From positions 248,001-275,387 of the forward strand of contig NZ_MWQY01000003.1 of NCBI RefSeq assembly GCF_002087085.1: a DNA stretch of 27,387 bases, read 5' to 3'. Position 1 is the first letter of the stretch. Each line of letters starts with the position of its first letter. The notes below the pieces were generated by a model. It was given only the letters and a program-made list of their open reading frames with translations, ran no database searches and was not told where the DNA came from. This document shows positions 1 through 10,549 of this stretch, piece by piece. The position numbers and the translations under genes were made by a program.

Positions 1-1
1 C

Positions 2-1123
2 ATCGTAGAACTGCCGGGCATAGGCAACCCACTCATCCACCAGGATCAGGCAGGGTGAATAGGCATCGAAGAGCTCCTTTAGGGCATCCCCGGGATTAGT
101 CGAAGTGGCATCGGATTCGGCTATCATGGCATAGGCATCCCTGCCGCCAAGCTGCCAGGCGATCTCTCCCCAGAGGGTATTCACCACGGTTCCATCAGCT
201 TTTTTGTCGGGTTTGCCGGGAGGGATTTTATTCCCGACGATTACTGCCCGGTTTACTTTTTTAGGGACTTCTATCCCCAGCTCCTTGACCAGGGAGTCAG
301 CCCCGGCCAGTTCCGAGGCAGCGATGCCGGAAAAGAGATGATAGAGGGCCAGCATGGAGTGGGTCTTACCACCGCCGAAGTTGGTCTGCAGTTCCACCAC
401 TGGGTCTCCACCGTTCCCGGAAATACGCTTCAGTCCGGTTTTAAGCAGTTCATTGAGACCTTCAGTAATGAAGGTCCTGCGAAAAAATTCCCTGGGGTCC
501 AGGTATTCTCCCGAGCCCCTGCCAAGATACACCTCCCAGAGGTCGGCGGCAAACTCGGCCTGGTTGTAGTTGCCCGAGGCAACATCCTTATGGGGCTCGA
601 TTACCTCCCGCCAGGGTTTAAGACCGGAAGCCGTTTCTGTTTTTACCTTAACGGTAACCTTCTTCCGTGCTTCCTTGCGGGCCTGCTCGTTAAACCGGAT
701 CCGTAGAAGATCCTGTTTTTCCGTATTTATCGCCCCTGATGCCGGAGAAGCAATGGATTCCAGGAGCAGGCCGATGCTGTCGAGGGCCCGATAGGCTTCG
801 TCCGTGGAAAAAGGCTGCTGATGGGCCCACTGATTGCGGGCATCCTTGATCTGGAAAACCAGGCTGCGATCGCTGCGCCCCAGAACATCGGAGAAGACCT
901 CGTTCCAGCGGACCTGCATAATCGTCAGAAGCACCTGGATATCCCAGCTGGCAGGGTCTTCGCTTATGGAACCGCCGTACTGGTTTGAGCTGAATATGGC
1001 GGCAATATCCTGAAAATAATTTTTTCCCAGCTTTGTCCGCACCTGGCGGAACACAAAGGGTGTAAGTTCCCTGTTCAGTGTATCCAGGGCTTTTCCTACC
1101 CGTTCTGCATTACTCAACGCCAT
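2..1123 (-). CDS. Swt1-like HEPN domain + DUF499 AAA+ ATPase (5' part only; continues beyond the window start)
   Basis: Not in the ORF track because there is no stop in the window. Manual translation from ATG at 1123 (AGGAAG RBS upstream) gives MALSNAERVGKALDTL..., HEPN RxxxxH motif RNQWAH (821-838), the DUF499-typical PWREVIEPH..V..G..QAEFAADL and FFRRTFIT, Walker A QTNFGGGKTH (~359-388) and Walker B LILVDEW (~28-48). Confidence 0.9.
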   Translation of the reverse strand, partial: MALSNAERVGKALDTLNRELTPFVFRQVRTKLGKNYFQDIAAIFSSNQYGGSISEDPASWDIQVLLTIMQVRWNEVFSDVLGRSDRSLVFQIKDARNQWAHQQPFSTDEAYRALDSIGLLLESIASPASGAINTEKQDLLRIRFNEQARKEARKKVTVKVKTETASGLKPWREVIEPHKDVASGNYNQAEFAADLWEVYLGRGSGEYLDPREFFRRTFITEGLNELLKTGLKRISGNGGDPVVELQTNFGGGKTHSMLALYHLFSGIAASELAGADSLVKELGIEVPKKVNRAVIVGNKIPPGKPDKKADGTVVNTLWGEIAWQLGGRDAYAMIAESDATSTNPGDALKELFDAYSPCLILVDEWVAYARQFYD

Positions 1124-1144
1124 CTTTTACCTTCCTGTTATACG

Positions 1145-3922
1145 CTATGAAAAAAGTTCCTGTTGGGTTTCCCGGCCCTTGTAGACTGCAGCCAGCCGTT
1201 CAATCTCGCTCCAGCTGGTTATAAGCCCGTTGTAGGCAAGGCCGTCACTGGTCCAGTTTTTGCGTTCGCAGATCGAATAGAGCAGGTATGCAAGCTCCCG
1301 GGCGGCATCCGCCTTCTGCGGTCCGACGGCATGAAGTACCCGGGCGGCGGCCTCCTCCCCTTTTTTCTGCAGCTTCCTGCATAGGTGCTGGGTCACCATC
1401 CAGACCGGTACACCGGTATCGGTAAAGGCTTCCCAGTCCGGGTCCAGGTCGTCCCGGCTGACAAGCTGCACCTTGCCTTTACCGGAGACCACAATCCCCT
1501 GGGCGGCTACATCCGCTACGGTAATGTCCTTGGCGTTGGCCAGCTGTTCGGCAACGCCATAATCAGCCTCCTGAATGCCGTACTGCTGGAACCAGACGAC
1601 AGCCCAGCGGGTAAAGCGGTCGAAATCAGCCTCCTGTTCATTCAGGATTTCGTCCAGGACCTGATTAATAAGCCCCAGGGCGACCCTGACCGTCATTGCA
1701 GAACCGTCGGATTCCAGTACCCGGTGATGGCGGGAGAAGACCGCCATCCCCGGCCCGATGGCCGACTGGGCCAGGTCCACCGGGGCAATGTTCCCCGCCT
1801 GAAAGGCCCGTAATCCCTGGGGGAGCTCGGAACGCAGAATGCGGATAAAATCGCTTCGGCGGATGTCCGGGGCGGTCTCGTCCCGCTTGCGGCAGACCAG
1901 GACAATGGAGGAAGCCAGGGCGTTTGTGCCGATACCAACTGCCCTGTTCGCCATCTCGGTGCGCATGGGCCAGGTGCCGATTATCTGGAACCCCGTCTCC
2001 ATTAAAGCGTTGAGGATCGTCTCCCAGCCGGTGGAAACGGGCAGCCCCGCCCTGTCGTTTTCGGTGGTCTCCGCCTGCTTGAAGGCATAGTAGACAGTAA
2101 GGGGATAGTCGTGGTGCTGATACTCGGCTATACGGCCGAAAACCCTGGTCAAACCGGTCTCGAAAAAATCTTTGGCCTTCTGTTTGCTGCCGTCGAAGCG
2201 GTAGGGGGTTGCCACGAGTTCCTCCGCCTTGGGGACCAGCATTGTCTGAAACAGGGAGGGGAATACCGATTTCAGGCTGCGCCGCAGCCATACGTAGAAA
2301 AAGTCGGAGAGGTCGGCATAGCCGATGTTATCGTAATAGGGCGGATCTGTTGAGAACATCATTTTTGCAGGAGGCTTAATGATCTCAGCATTTTTCTGCG
2401 AAGCTAAGCCAGTCTTTTCACTTGGTATATTATCGAACGCTTTTATCATACGTTCAAAAAGATTATTAAAACTTCCTGAAGAATTACAAAAAGGATTGGA
2501 TTCCGCGTAATCCCAGACCATGGGAATTGCTTGCCTTGAGAATGTATTTCTTAACTGTGTATTCCTAGCATGCCAACTACAAATAGTACTTTGATGATTT
2601 GCTAATTGATCTACTAAAAACGCCAGATACACCGCCACCGCGTCGGCGTAGGCAGTAGCCCCGGAACCGCCGGCCTCAAAGCCCGTGCCGTCGTCCTCCA
2701 TTCCCGCGGCCCGGGCATCCGTCAGAACCTTTTCCCTGGCTTCTGTTACAAGATCGCTAAAGGTGGTAAGGGCCAGGAGCTGGCGGGGGGTGAAGAGGTC
2801 TGAGAATGAGGTCATTCCGTAATTTGGAGTTTTAAAATCCCTGGGATTATGCGGTAAATCCCATTCAGGTTTCCATTCACTTCTTATCCCATCGAGTGCA
2901 CTTATTTGAATATTTGAAGGTTCAATATATATTCTACCACCAGGCCCTTCAGCTACAATGGCTAACATTCGGCTATCAAGCTTTTTCTGCTTCCCTTCCA
3001 ATCTTATGTACTTAAGTGTTGCAGTAGTACCACATGCCAGACAACGACCTCCATTCCTACCAGCAGTACCTTCTATTTCCTTTGATTTCCCTTTCTTTAT
3101 AAAAAACTTGATTCCTCTATTAGCTGAATTTACGGTGTATCCTATGTGTACTTCTTTGCCTTTCTTTGTTGAAAGATCAAAAGACCGAATAAGCGGCATC
3201 TCTGCACCACACCCAGGATTGGGACACTTAACTGTGCGCGCCCAGAGCCAGGCGATAACCGTAGCCTCACCGCCTCCCTCCTCTTCCGGCAGTTTTACCT
3301 TGGGATAATATTTCCCAATACGGCGATAGGCTTCATCCCGCATCCACTGTCCGTAATGGCGCACGTCCTCTGCAAGGCCGCGGCTTCCCGTCCAGCGCTC
3401 GGCAAAGAAACCCGCATCCCTGCCCGCATGGACCGGGGGCCTGTTCGCAAAGCGCGGCGGGATTTCTATCATGGCCTTGTTGATCATTACCGCTACAGGG
3501 TTCAGATCGCTGGCGAATGCTTCCAGCCCCAGCCGCTGGGCTTCCAGGGGAATCGCCCCTCCGCCGGCAAAGGGGTCGTATACGGCTGGAGGGTTTCCAC
3601 CGGTGTTTTTCGCGATTTCGTCCATTACCTTCGCAAGGACTTCAGGATTATTGGAGTTCTCCCAGGTAACCAGCTCTTCGATCAATCCAAAGAGCCGCTC
3701 CCGCTCTTGCTCCTGTTCTTTTTCCGTGGGAAACTTATCCGGATGGGATGAAGGGTCGTCAACGATAGACGCGAACAGTACAGCCCGTGCTGCCGCCAGG
3801 GGACGCCGAGCCCACCAGAGATGCAGGGTCGAGGGATGGCCGTGCCGGATTGATTTTTCCCGTACGCTGGCGCTGTTTATCGCATCCAAGGGGAGTGCTA
3901 CTTCTATCAGTTTCTTCTTCAT
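1145..3922 (-). CDS. DUF1156-domain adenine-specific DNA methyltransferase
   Basis: N-terminal KKLIEVALPL...HLWWARRPLAAAR (DUF1156 signature), SAM-binding motif I DPFAGGG, catalytic motif IV TDPPYY, Zn-ribbon CPNPGC...CLAC. Start overlaps the helicase stop (ATGA). Confidence 0.92.
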   Translation of the reverse strand: MKKKLIEVALPLDAINSASVREKSIRHGHPSTLHLWWARRPLAAARAVLFASIVDDPSSHPDKFPTEKEQEQERERLFGLIEELVTWENSNNPEVLAKVMDEIAKNTGGNPPAVYDPFAGGGAIPLEAQRLGLEAFASDLNPVAVMINKAMIEIPPRFANRPPVHAGRDAGFFAERWTGSRGLAEDVRHYGQWMRDEAYRRIGKYYPKVKLPEEEGGGEATVIAWLWARTVKCPNPGCGAEMPLIRSFDLSTKKGKEVHIGYTVNSANRGIKFFIKKGKSKEIEGTAGRNGGRCLACGTTATLKYIRLEGKQKKLDSRMLAIVAEGPGGRIYIEPSNIQISALDGIRSEWKPEWDLPHNPRDFKTPNYGMTSFSDLFTPRQLLALTTFSDLVTEAREKVLTDARAAGMEDDGTGFEAGGSGATAYADAVAVYLAFLVDQLANHQSTICSWHARNTQLRNTFSRQAIPMVWDYAESNPFCNSSGSFNNLFERMIKAFDNIPSEKTGLASQKNAEIIKPPAKMMFSTDPPYYDNIGYADLSDFFYVWLRRSLKSVFPSLFQTMLVPKAEELVATPYRFDGSKQKAKDFFETGLTRVFGRIAEYQHHDYPLTVYYAFKQAETTENDRAGLPVSTGWETILNALMETGFQIIGTWPMRTEMANRAVGIGTNALASSIVLVCRKRDETAPDIRRSDFIRILRSELPQGLRAFQAGNIAPVDLAQSAIGPGMAVFSRHHRVLESDGSAMTVRVALGLINQVLDEILNEQEADFDRFTRWAVVWFQQYGIQEADYGVAEQLANAKDITVADVAAQGIVVSGKGKVQLVSRDDLDPDWEAFTDTGVPVWMVTQHLCRKLQKKGEEAAARVLHAVGPQKADAARELAYLLYSICERKNWTSDGLAYNGLITSWSEIERLAAVYKGRETQQELFS

Positions 3923-6900
3923 CCATTCATCCTTATGCTGATCATGGCCGGATCTTCCGCCCTCTCAAGAAGCTTCTTGATTCGCAGCTGTTTGCCCGCA
4001 TCCGCCCAGTCCGGTTCCTTTTCGAAGGGCCTGCGGATATAGTATGGCCCGTCGCAGGTCACTCCTGCAACGCGTACGAGGGCAAGAATAAAGTTCTCGC
4101 TGGCGTTGAATCCCTGCAGCACCTCGTTATGGGTCACAGTAAGCTCCTGTGCATCCTGTGCCCGCCCCTTTACCTCGATAAGCAAAAGGGTGCCTGTTTC
4201 AGGGTCCCTGGACTCAATGTCCCAACCCCTGTTATCGGCACTTACATCAACGGGAATACGCCCGGCCTTTTGCTCGGCAATCAAGACCTGCTGCATAGCC
4301 AGGAGTTCTATGCGTCTGCGGCCTTCCTGATCGGGCTTTGTTATCGTACCCCTTTCCGGGTACAGTGCAGCTGCAGGGACAACAAGGGCGGCGGCGAGAA
4401 CATTGGGAGCAAGAGGGGTCAGCAATCGTTGATTTTCCAGTTCAGCCTCCCGCTGCTCCAGACGCCGGGACAGCTCATCCGCCCGATCAAAAGCTTTGCG
4501 GGAGTTTATTTTGGCGTTCTTCTTACCCGCGTTCTCCGCCAGTTTTAGCTGCTGTCCCTTGTTGTCCCAGTACATAATCTCCCTGGTTAGACGTAATCGC
4601 ACCTGGGTGTGGATTTTCCGTATCATATCTTCCCGCCTGGACTTTATCTCATCCATGTGCGCCGGAATCAGCTCTGTTATGGCGTAGCTTCTGGAGAGCT
4701 CCTCTACATTCATCGCACCGAGAAAGTCACCGAACATCTCCAGGGCCTGGTTCCGTTCCGTATCATCTGCAGCCCGCAGATCCAGGTAAGGAGCAGGTCC
4801 AGCGGAAGATGGATTACCCTCATGGTCAAACCGAACGAACTCCATTCTGCGGGAAACAATCGTTTTTCCGCCTGACGGACGCCGGGTCCCGTCGGCAATG
4901 GAGTGGTCCAGATATACCAGGAGACCTGTATCCGATGCTTCGTCCCGTTCGTCGATAAGTACCGCCCCCTCCTTGAAAAGATGGCGGTTCTGCTGCAGCA
5001 CCAGGTCTATTATTGCGGACAGAAGCGGGTGCCCCGGAGCAATGAACTCGGCATCCGGCTTCCCGGGTAAATGGACCATCTTCCGGTCAAAACAGATGCG
5101 TTCGTATCTTCGCAGAACGGAACTGCGGCTGCCGATAATCCTGTCCTGGTTCCGAATTGCGGCGGGTACATGGTTTATCTGGTAGCGCTTTTCTTCCCGC
5201 TTGCGTACATCGCCCCCCAGACTTGAAAAAGCCCGCAGAAAAAACTCGCGGATAAAATGGGGCTGCAGCTTACGGGCCCGGGCACGTTCCATCATATCCC
5301 GGATTTTTTCCACGGTGCTTGTGGCCAGAACATCCTGACTTAAAGCACGTTCCGCCAGGATCTTCTGAAGGTCTCCGTGTTCAAAGGGATGGTCTATTTT
5401 TTCATAAATCCGGTTACGCACCTCAGGGCGGTCTCCGTCTCTGATCGCTTCTATCAGAAGGTCCCGCAGGGCATTTCCCCGCAGGATATCCCCCAGCACA
5501 TCGAACACCTGGTCTCCCAGGTCCTCTTTCTGCTTTTCAATCTTGCTCAAAAGACGGAAAAAGACGTCTCCCTCCCTTGTCTCAAAGGCAACAAGGTTCC
5601 AGAGATGACACACCTCGGTCTGACCTATACGATGGATCCGTCCGAAACGCTGTTCCAGGCGATTCGGATTCCAAGGCAAATCGTAATTGACCATCAGATG
5701 CCCGCGCTGCAGGTTAATTCCTTCTCCAGCGGCGTCCGTGGCCAAAAGAATATGCACATCAGGATCATTGCGAAACAGGTTCTCCGCCTTTTTCCTCTCC
5801 TGGCGGAGCATCCCGCCGTAGATGCTTACAATCGACTCGTCGTTCCCGATACTGGTTTTAAGCTTCCCCTCGAGATATGCCAGTGTATCCCGGTGTTCCG
5901 TAAAGATGACCAGTTTGCGTCGGGTTCCTTCCGGGGTAAACATCTGGGGATTATCCTGTAGGATACTGGAAAGCTCTTGCCACTTTTTATCATGTCCGTT
6001 GTCCAAGAGCTTCCTGGCCTGTTTTTCCAGAGCCGAAAGAACGATAATCTCCTTTTTAAGCTCCTCTATACTGCGCGAGGCGGACGCACGGTCAATCAGC
6101 TGGTCCTCAAGCTCCTCCGCCTCTTCTCCGGTAAAATCATCAAGATCCAGCTCTTCATCCAGGTCAGATCCTAAAACATCATCGGAATCCTCTGCAATGG
6201 TAAAACTCCTATGGAGGAGTTCCATTTCACGAAGCTTATCTTCCAGACGTTCCCGCCTGCGGTGCAAGGAACGGTAGATCGCGGCAGGACTGGATGCAAG
6301 ACGGCGCTGCAGAATAGTCAGAGCAAAACCGATGTTTCCTTTCCGGCCCTGATTAATGATCTTCTCTGCCCGATTGAACTGCTCCCGTACATAGCTGGTA
6401 ACCCCTTCGTAGAGGAGTACTTCTTCATCGGACAATCGATACTGTACAGTGTAGGCCCTCCGCTCAGGGAAAAGACGGGTCCCGTCCATTTTGACAAGCT
6501 GTTCCTTGACCAGTCGCCGCATCAGGTCAGAAGCTTCAACGGAACCATTGTTCTTTCTGGGTTTGCCCTCAAAACGATCGGCATCGATCAGAGAGAGAAA
6601 AAGCTGATAGTCTTCCTCTTTTCCGTTATGTGGCGTTGCTGTCATGAGCAGGAAATGCCGGGTAAGATTACTCAGCATCTGCCCCAGGCGAAAGCGCTTT
6701 GTATATTTTACTTCGTTCCCAAAAAATGTTGCCGACATTTTATGGGCCTCATCACAGATTATTAGGTCCCAATCACTTACCTTCAGTTTATCCTGCAGGT
6801 CCTCATCCCGGGAAAGCTTATCCAGACGGCAGATTACAAGATTGTTTTCAAGGAACCAGTTCCCTGTTCTCGAAGACTGCAGTTTATCGTTTGTGAGAAT

Positions 6901-7437
6901 CTCAAAGGGCAGGGAGAACTTCTCATCAAGTTCATCCTGCCACTGCTCCACAAGACTTCCAGGACAGACAACCATGCAGCGCTGGACATCGCCACGCATC
7001 ATGAGTTCCTTGATCAGCAGTCCCGCCATGATTGTCTTTCCCGCTCCAGGATCATCGGCAAGCAGAAAACGCAGGGGCTGCCGCTGGAGCATGTGTTCGT
7101 ACACTGCGGAAATCTGGTGAGGCAAAGGATCCACATCGCTGGTATTAACAGCAAGCAAAGGATCAAACAAGTAAGCCAGCTGTATGCGCATGGCCTCGGA
7201 GGCGAGGATAAACTTCTCGGACTCCGCTGTAAAGCTCCACAGCCGGGCCCCCTCCACCAGCGATAGATCCTGTTCCTGGGAACGATACACGAGCTGGGTC
7301 TCGGTGTATCCGTCATCATCCCGCCAGGTCAGCTCGACGACATCACTTCCATGCCAACGCGCCTGGATGATTTCTACAGCACCATTGTGCTGTAGACCAC
7401 GGATTCTGCTGCCGACTTTCAGTTGTTCAAGCGTCAT
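3919..7437 (-). CDS. SNF2-family helicase with C-terminal DUF3883 (PD-(D/E)XK) nuclease domain
   Basis: LADDPGAGKT (Walker A), DEAH, TATPH, QRFGRIHRIGQ (motif VI). C-terminal GWDIES...IEVKGR is typical of DUF3883/NOV. Confidence 0.92.
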   Translation of the reverse strand: MTLEQLKVGSRIRGLQHNGAVEIIQARWHGSDVVELTWRDDDGYTETQLVYRSQEQDLSLVEGARLWSFTAESEKFILASEAMRIQLAYLFDPLLAVNTSDVDPLPHQISAVYEHMLQRQPLRFLLADDPGAGKTIMAGLLIKELMMRGDVQRCMVVCPGSLVEQWQDELDEKFSLPFEILTNDKLQSSRTGNWFLENNLVICRLDKLSRDEDLQDKLKVSDWDLIICDEAHKMSATFFGNEVKYTKRFRLGQMLSNLTRHFLLMTATPHNGKEEDYQLFLSLIDADRFEGKPRKNNGSVEASDLMRRLVKEQLVKMDGTRLFPERRAYTVQYRLSDEEVLLYEGVTSYVREQFNRAEKIINQGRKGNIGFALTILQRRLASSPAAIYRSLHRRRERLEDKLREMELLHRSFTIAEDSDDVLGSDLDEELDLDDFTGEEAEELEDQLIDRASASRSIEELKKEIIVLSALEKQARKLLDNGHDKKWQELSSILQDNPQMFTPEGTRRKLVIFTEHRDTLAYLEGKLKTSIGNDESIVSIYGGMLRQERKKAENLFRNDPDVHILLATDAAGEGINLQRGHLMVNYDLPWNPNRLEQRFGRIHRIGQTEVCHLWNLVAFETREGDVFFRLLSKIEKQKEDLGDQVFDVLGDILRGNALRDLLIEAIRDGDRPEVRNRIYEKIDHPFEHGDLQKILAERALSQDVLATSTVEKIRDMMERARARKLQPHFIREFFLRAFSSLGGDVRKREEKRYQINHVPAAIRNQDRIIGSRSSVLRRYERICFDRKMVHLPGKPDAEFIAPGHPLLSAIIDLVLQQNRHLFKEGAVLIDERDEASDTGLLVYLDHSIADGTRRPSGGKTIVSRRMEFVRFDHEGNPSSAGPAPYLDLRAADDTERNQALEMFGDFLGAMNVEELSRSYAITELIPAHMDEIKSRREDMIRKIHTQVRLRLTREIMYWDNKGQQLKLAENAGKKNAKINSRKAFDRADELSRRLEQREAELENQRLLTPLAPNVLAAALVVPAAALYPERGTITKPDQEGRRRIELLAMQQVLIAEQKAGRIPVDVSADNRGWDIESRDPETGTLLLIEVKGRAQDAQELTVTHNEVLQGFNASENFILALVRVAGVTCDGPYYIRRPFEKEPDWADAGKQLRIKKLLERAEDPAMISIRMNG

Positions 7438-7449
7438 GGGTAGAATGTC

Positions 7450-8394
7450 TCATTGTAAATTACGCGAACTGACAGTCAGGCTGAATTGTGTATCAGAAGG
7501 CTCCTCGGAGAATCTGACTAAACAGATCCCTTTAATCTCGTAGGCAGAGATTGAGTTTTCATGGGGATCAAGAAAATCCTTTAGGGGGTACAACTCGTCA
7601 TTTATTCTGACAAAAATATCCGCTATGGCTTTAGTATCTTCAGTGTTCACTTCGAAAAAGATTTTATTTATTTCCGGTTCAATATAGACAGTTTGTGATC
7701 TCCAGCTTATTTTTCCATCAAAATTATACTGAAAAATATTATCTATATTTGAACCCAGAATCTCTGCCGCTGTTACTACGGCTTCATCAGTGATGAAGAT
7801 TTTGTTTTTATAGCTTGATTCTTCTCCAGGATCAAAATTCGACATCTTTTCTACACTGCCTTCGACAAGGTAGGAAGAAATCATTTCTTGTTCGGTTTCT
7901 TCCGTATATCCCCATGATCCAAATCTTATGCCGAATCCATACATTCCACTCCTTGCAGAATTTTTTCTGTATACCAATAGAACCTTTCTTCCAGGAAATG
8001 CAAAATAATGGTTCATCTGTGAAGTGTCCAGATCTTCCACATAATGCGCCCACATTAGAGTCGATTTCATGGCGTAATACATTAGGAAATCCCGATAAAA
8101 CTCAACGATAATATCTGTATTATTGGATGTTCGGTTGAAAAATACATATCCATCCTCAGGGTCACGTTTATTGAAAGATATGTCGTATGTAATTCTATTA
8201 TTAAAATACTCAAAATTTCCTTGCTTCTCTAATCGACCGTCAACCAGTTCTGTGGCTGGATCTTCTTCAATATCGCTGTAGGTATATGATAAAAAATCAA
8301 TCGGCGGTTCGAAAGCATACAAGGAGATACTGGCGAAGGATAGGATGAGAAGAAAGACAGGAAAAAGTATTCTGAAATTACGATATCGGTTCAT
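7450..8394 (-). CDS. Exported hypothetical protein (Sec signal peptide)
   Basis: 314-aa ORF with GGAG RBS. Basic N-region MNRYRNFR, hydrophobic core and probable cleavage after LYA. AT-rich, with no recognisable catalytic motif. Confidence 0.75.
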   Translation of the reverse strand: MNRYRNFRILFPVFLLILSFASISLYAFEPPIDFLSYTYSDIEEDPATELVDGRLEKQGNFEYFNNRITYDISFNKRDPEDGYVFFNRTSNNTDIIVEFYRDFLMYYAMKSTLMWAHYVEDLDTSQMNHYFAFPGRKVLLVYRKNSARSGMYGFGIRFGSWGYTEETEQEMISSYLVEGSVEKMSNFDPGEESSYKNKIFITDEAVVTAAEILGSNIDNIFQYNFDGKISWRSQTVYIEPEINKIFFEVNTEDTKAIADIFVRINDELYPLKDFLDPHENSISAYEIKGICLVRFSEEPSDTQFSLTVSSRNLQ

Positions 8395-8412
8395 ACAGTC
8401 TACTCCGTAATC

Positions 8413-10209
8413 CTAAAGGGACAAAAAATACTTTTTTATCTTTTTTGCCATAAGCATCCTGCGTTCTTCAAGAAAATCATCATAATGCTCAATATCCTTA
8501 TCCTTCATTCCATCAGGGATACAGTGCATTCTGAAGTTCTCTTCCATCTCTGCCGGATCAGTGATGGCTCCATATGCGGCTGTTCCAGACGAAACCCGTT
8601 CAACAAGTTCACTAAAATATTCCGACGGAGCTCTGTCCTTAATAGCAATATTAATTTCAGACTGCATCATTACATAGTTTGCAATTTGATTGTATCGAGC
8701 TCTGTTAAGTCCCCGTTTTTTCAAATAATTCTTAGGGAACAGATGATGCACATCGCCACGATGGGCAATCAGATCCCGGACAGTAATATCTCGTGATAGA
8801 AAACCCTTATCATTCATTTTTACCTGAGCAGCCAGATAGACTTTAAAATACGGGCTTGAAGCAACTGATGTATTCATCTGCTGTGGTAGTCCTGCATTCC
8901 AGAAAGCATCCCCTAATTCAGCTTCCATAATATTATCCAGATGACGGTTAGCCCCCAATGAATCTATATTTCGGATATCATAATCCATGGTCGACTCAGG
9001 AGAAGAAGAGTATCTGCCAGTAAGGACCGATAAGACATACCAACGACGGACAAGACTTTCAATAACATTAGGGTTTTCTTTTAGTCCAATCAAAGTCAGA
9101 TACAGGGTGTATGCGAAATTCAATGCATTTTGAGATCGAATCATAGATGAATCAATAAAACCAGCGGAACGAATTATCATTACAAACCGTTTAAAATTCG
9201 TCTCTGACATATATTTCATAATGCCGGCTTTCAGCTTATCGAATGAGGCTATTGCAATCTCTTCCTCGAAGGTACGGGTGATAAAATTCCTCCCGGAAAG
9301 AAGGGCCACCAGGTCTTCCAGTCTGCCACGCTTAAACTCTGAAATAAACGAAACTCTCAACATATCGGTATAATTTGGATCGTAGATATCGTCATTCTCA
9401 TTTTTTAGCCACTGCATTCTCTGGAAATACTCGGTTTGGGCAAATGTTGTATCACGTTCTTTTATTGATTGGTAGAATTCGGGCGCTACTGCAAGATGAC
9501 AAAAATAGTCAATACATTTTCTTAATTCATTACCACCGTACTGTTCGTCCGCTGCAATCTTTGACATGGCAAAATCAGCCTGGCTAAGAACCTTTCCACG
9601 GGAATTAATCCTTATAAAGATCTCCGTTACCGTCTGAATATCAAGATTGGAGTTTAACTCTATCAATCCTATATGGTTATTCACCAAACTTTTCAAGCGT
9701 TCAAGTTTTTCAAATATTGCTTCCTGAGTGAAATTTTGGTTATTGGTACTAAAATCCTTCGCAATACTGAAGAGTCTGGCATCCGACCTTACGATATCAG
9801 CGATATTTGAAATCCATGCATTGTCTTTTTTAATTGCAGGATTCAGTACTTCAAAACGATCTTCCTCAGGATTAAACGCGATCGTCATTTTAACCCTTCG
9901 GTATTCATCATCAATTACTTCGTAGCCCAAAAGGGCAGCCATTAGTGCTGTTATACGCTGCTGTCCGTCGATCAGCACCCGTTTTCCAGTCGATTGCGTT
10001 CCATCCTTCAATTTTACATTCGGATTGCGCCAGGCGATGAGGTACCCCACCGGAAAACCATTATATAAGGAGTCTATTAAATCACGAACCTGCGTGCTGC
10101 TCCAGACAAAAGGGCGCTGGATTTCCGGGATTGCAATCTCACCCGATGTGATCCAGGTTAATAAGGTTTGAATTGTGTATTGGTTGACTGAATATTTCTG
10201 TATGGACAT
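8413..10209 (-). CDS. DUF262 (GmrSD-like) protein with C-terminal HNH-like (DUF1524-type) domain
   Basis: DUF262 motifs [34 protein letters not shown]-terminal DVHHLFPK...NQIAN resembles the GmrD-type nuclease motif. Confidence 0.87.
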   Translation of the reverse strand: MSIQKYSVNQYTIQTLLTWITSGEIAIPEIQRPFVWSSTQVRDLIDSLYNGFPVGYLIAWRNPNVKLKDGTQSTGKRVLIDGQQRITALMAALLGYEVIDDEYRRVKMTIAFNPEEDRFEVLNPAIKKDNAWISNIADIVRSDARLFSIAKDFSTNNQNFTQEAIFEKLERLKSLVNNHIGLIELNSNLDIQTVTEIFIRINSRGKVLSQADFAMSKIAADEQYGGNELRKCIDYFCHLAVAPEFYQSIKERDTTFAQTEYFQRMQWLKNENDDIYDPNYTDMLRVSFISEFKRGRLEDLVALLSGRNFITRTFEEEIAIASFDKLKAGIMKYMSETNFKRFVMIIRSAGFIDSSMIRSQNALNFAYTLYLTLIGLKENPNVIESLVRRWYVLSVLTGRYSSSPESTMDYDIRNIDSLGANRHLDNIMEAELGDAFWNAGLPQQMNTSVASSPYFKVYLAAQVKMNDKGFLSRDITVRDLIAHRGDVHHLFPKNYLKKRGLNRARYNQIANYVMMQSEINIAIKDRAPSEYFSELVERVSSGTAAYGAITDPAEMEENFRMHCIPDGMKDKDIEHYDDFLEERRMLMAKKIKKYFLSL

Positions 10210-10497
10210 AGATACTCCATTAGCTATTTGTGCTTACCTATTATAAGCTGTAAAAAGAATATTGATCACTGATTATATCCTTGCCAGTAAAAGAAGTAAT
10301 CCCAGACAGACATGCTGAAATACTGGCATGGAAGCCTTGCATTCTTAAACTGGGTCTGATTTGCCTATACTCAATCGATGTATTCCCGAAAGTAAAAGAA
10401 TTACCCAAACACATAACTCCAATAGATTTTATAGAAATAACATTCTGTTCATTTCAGTATAAACCTCCAGAAATCATCTTACAACAACGAATTCTGC

Positions 10498-10517
10498 AAA
10501 AACCCCGCAGCGCGGGG
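10498..10517 (-). terminator. Intrinsic terminator of the beta-barrel gene
   Basis: On the minus strand, CCCCGC-GCT-GCGGGG is followed by TTTTT, about 30 nt after the stop at 10550. Confidence 0.75.
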
Positions 10518-10549
10518 CCTTACCTACATGCATCCGGTCTACAAAAACC

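Noticed and set aside
338..7543. Numerous plus-strand ORFs (e.g. 338..706, 3787..4548, 5377..5961)
   Set aside because: Antisense shadows of long, motif-bearing minus-strand genes in GC-rich DNA. No RBS or motif support.
10324..10340. TGGCATGGAAGCCTTGC, resembling a third sigma-54 promoter
   Set aside because: Spacing is GG-N12-GC instead of the obligatory N10, and no credible gene follows.
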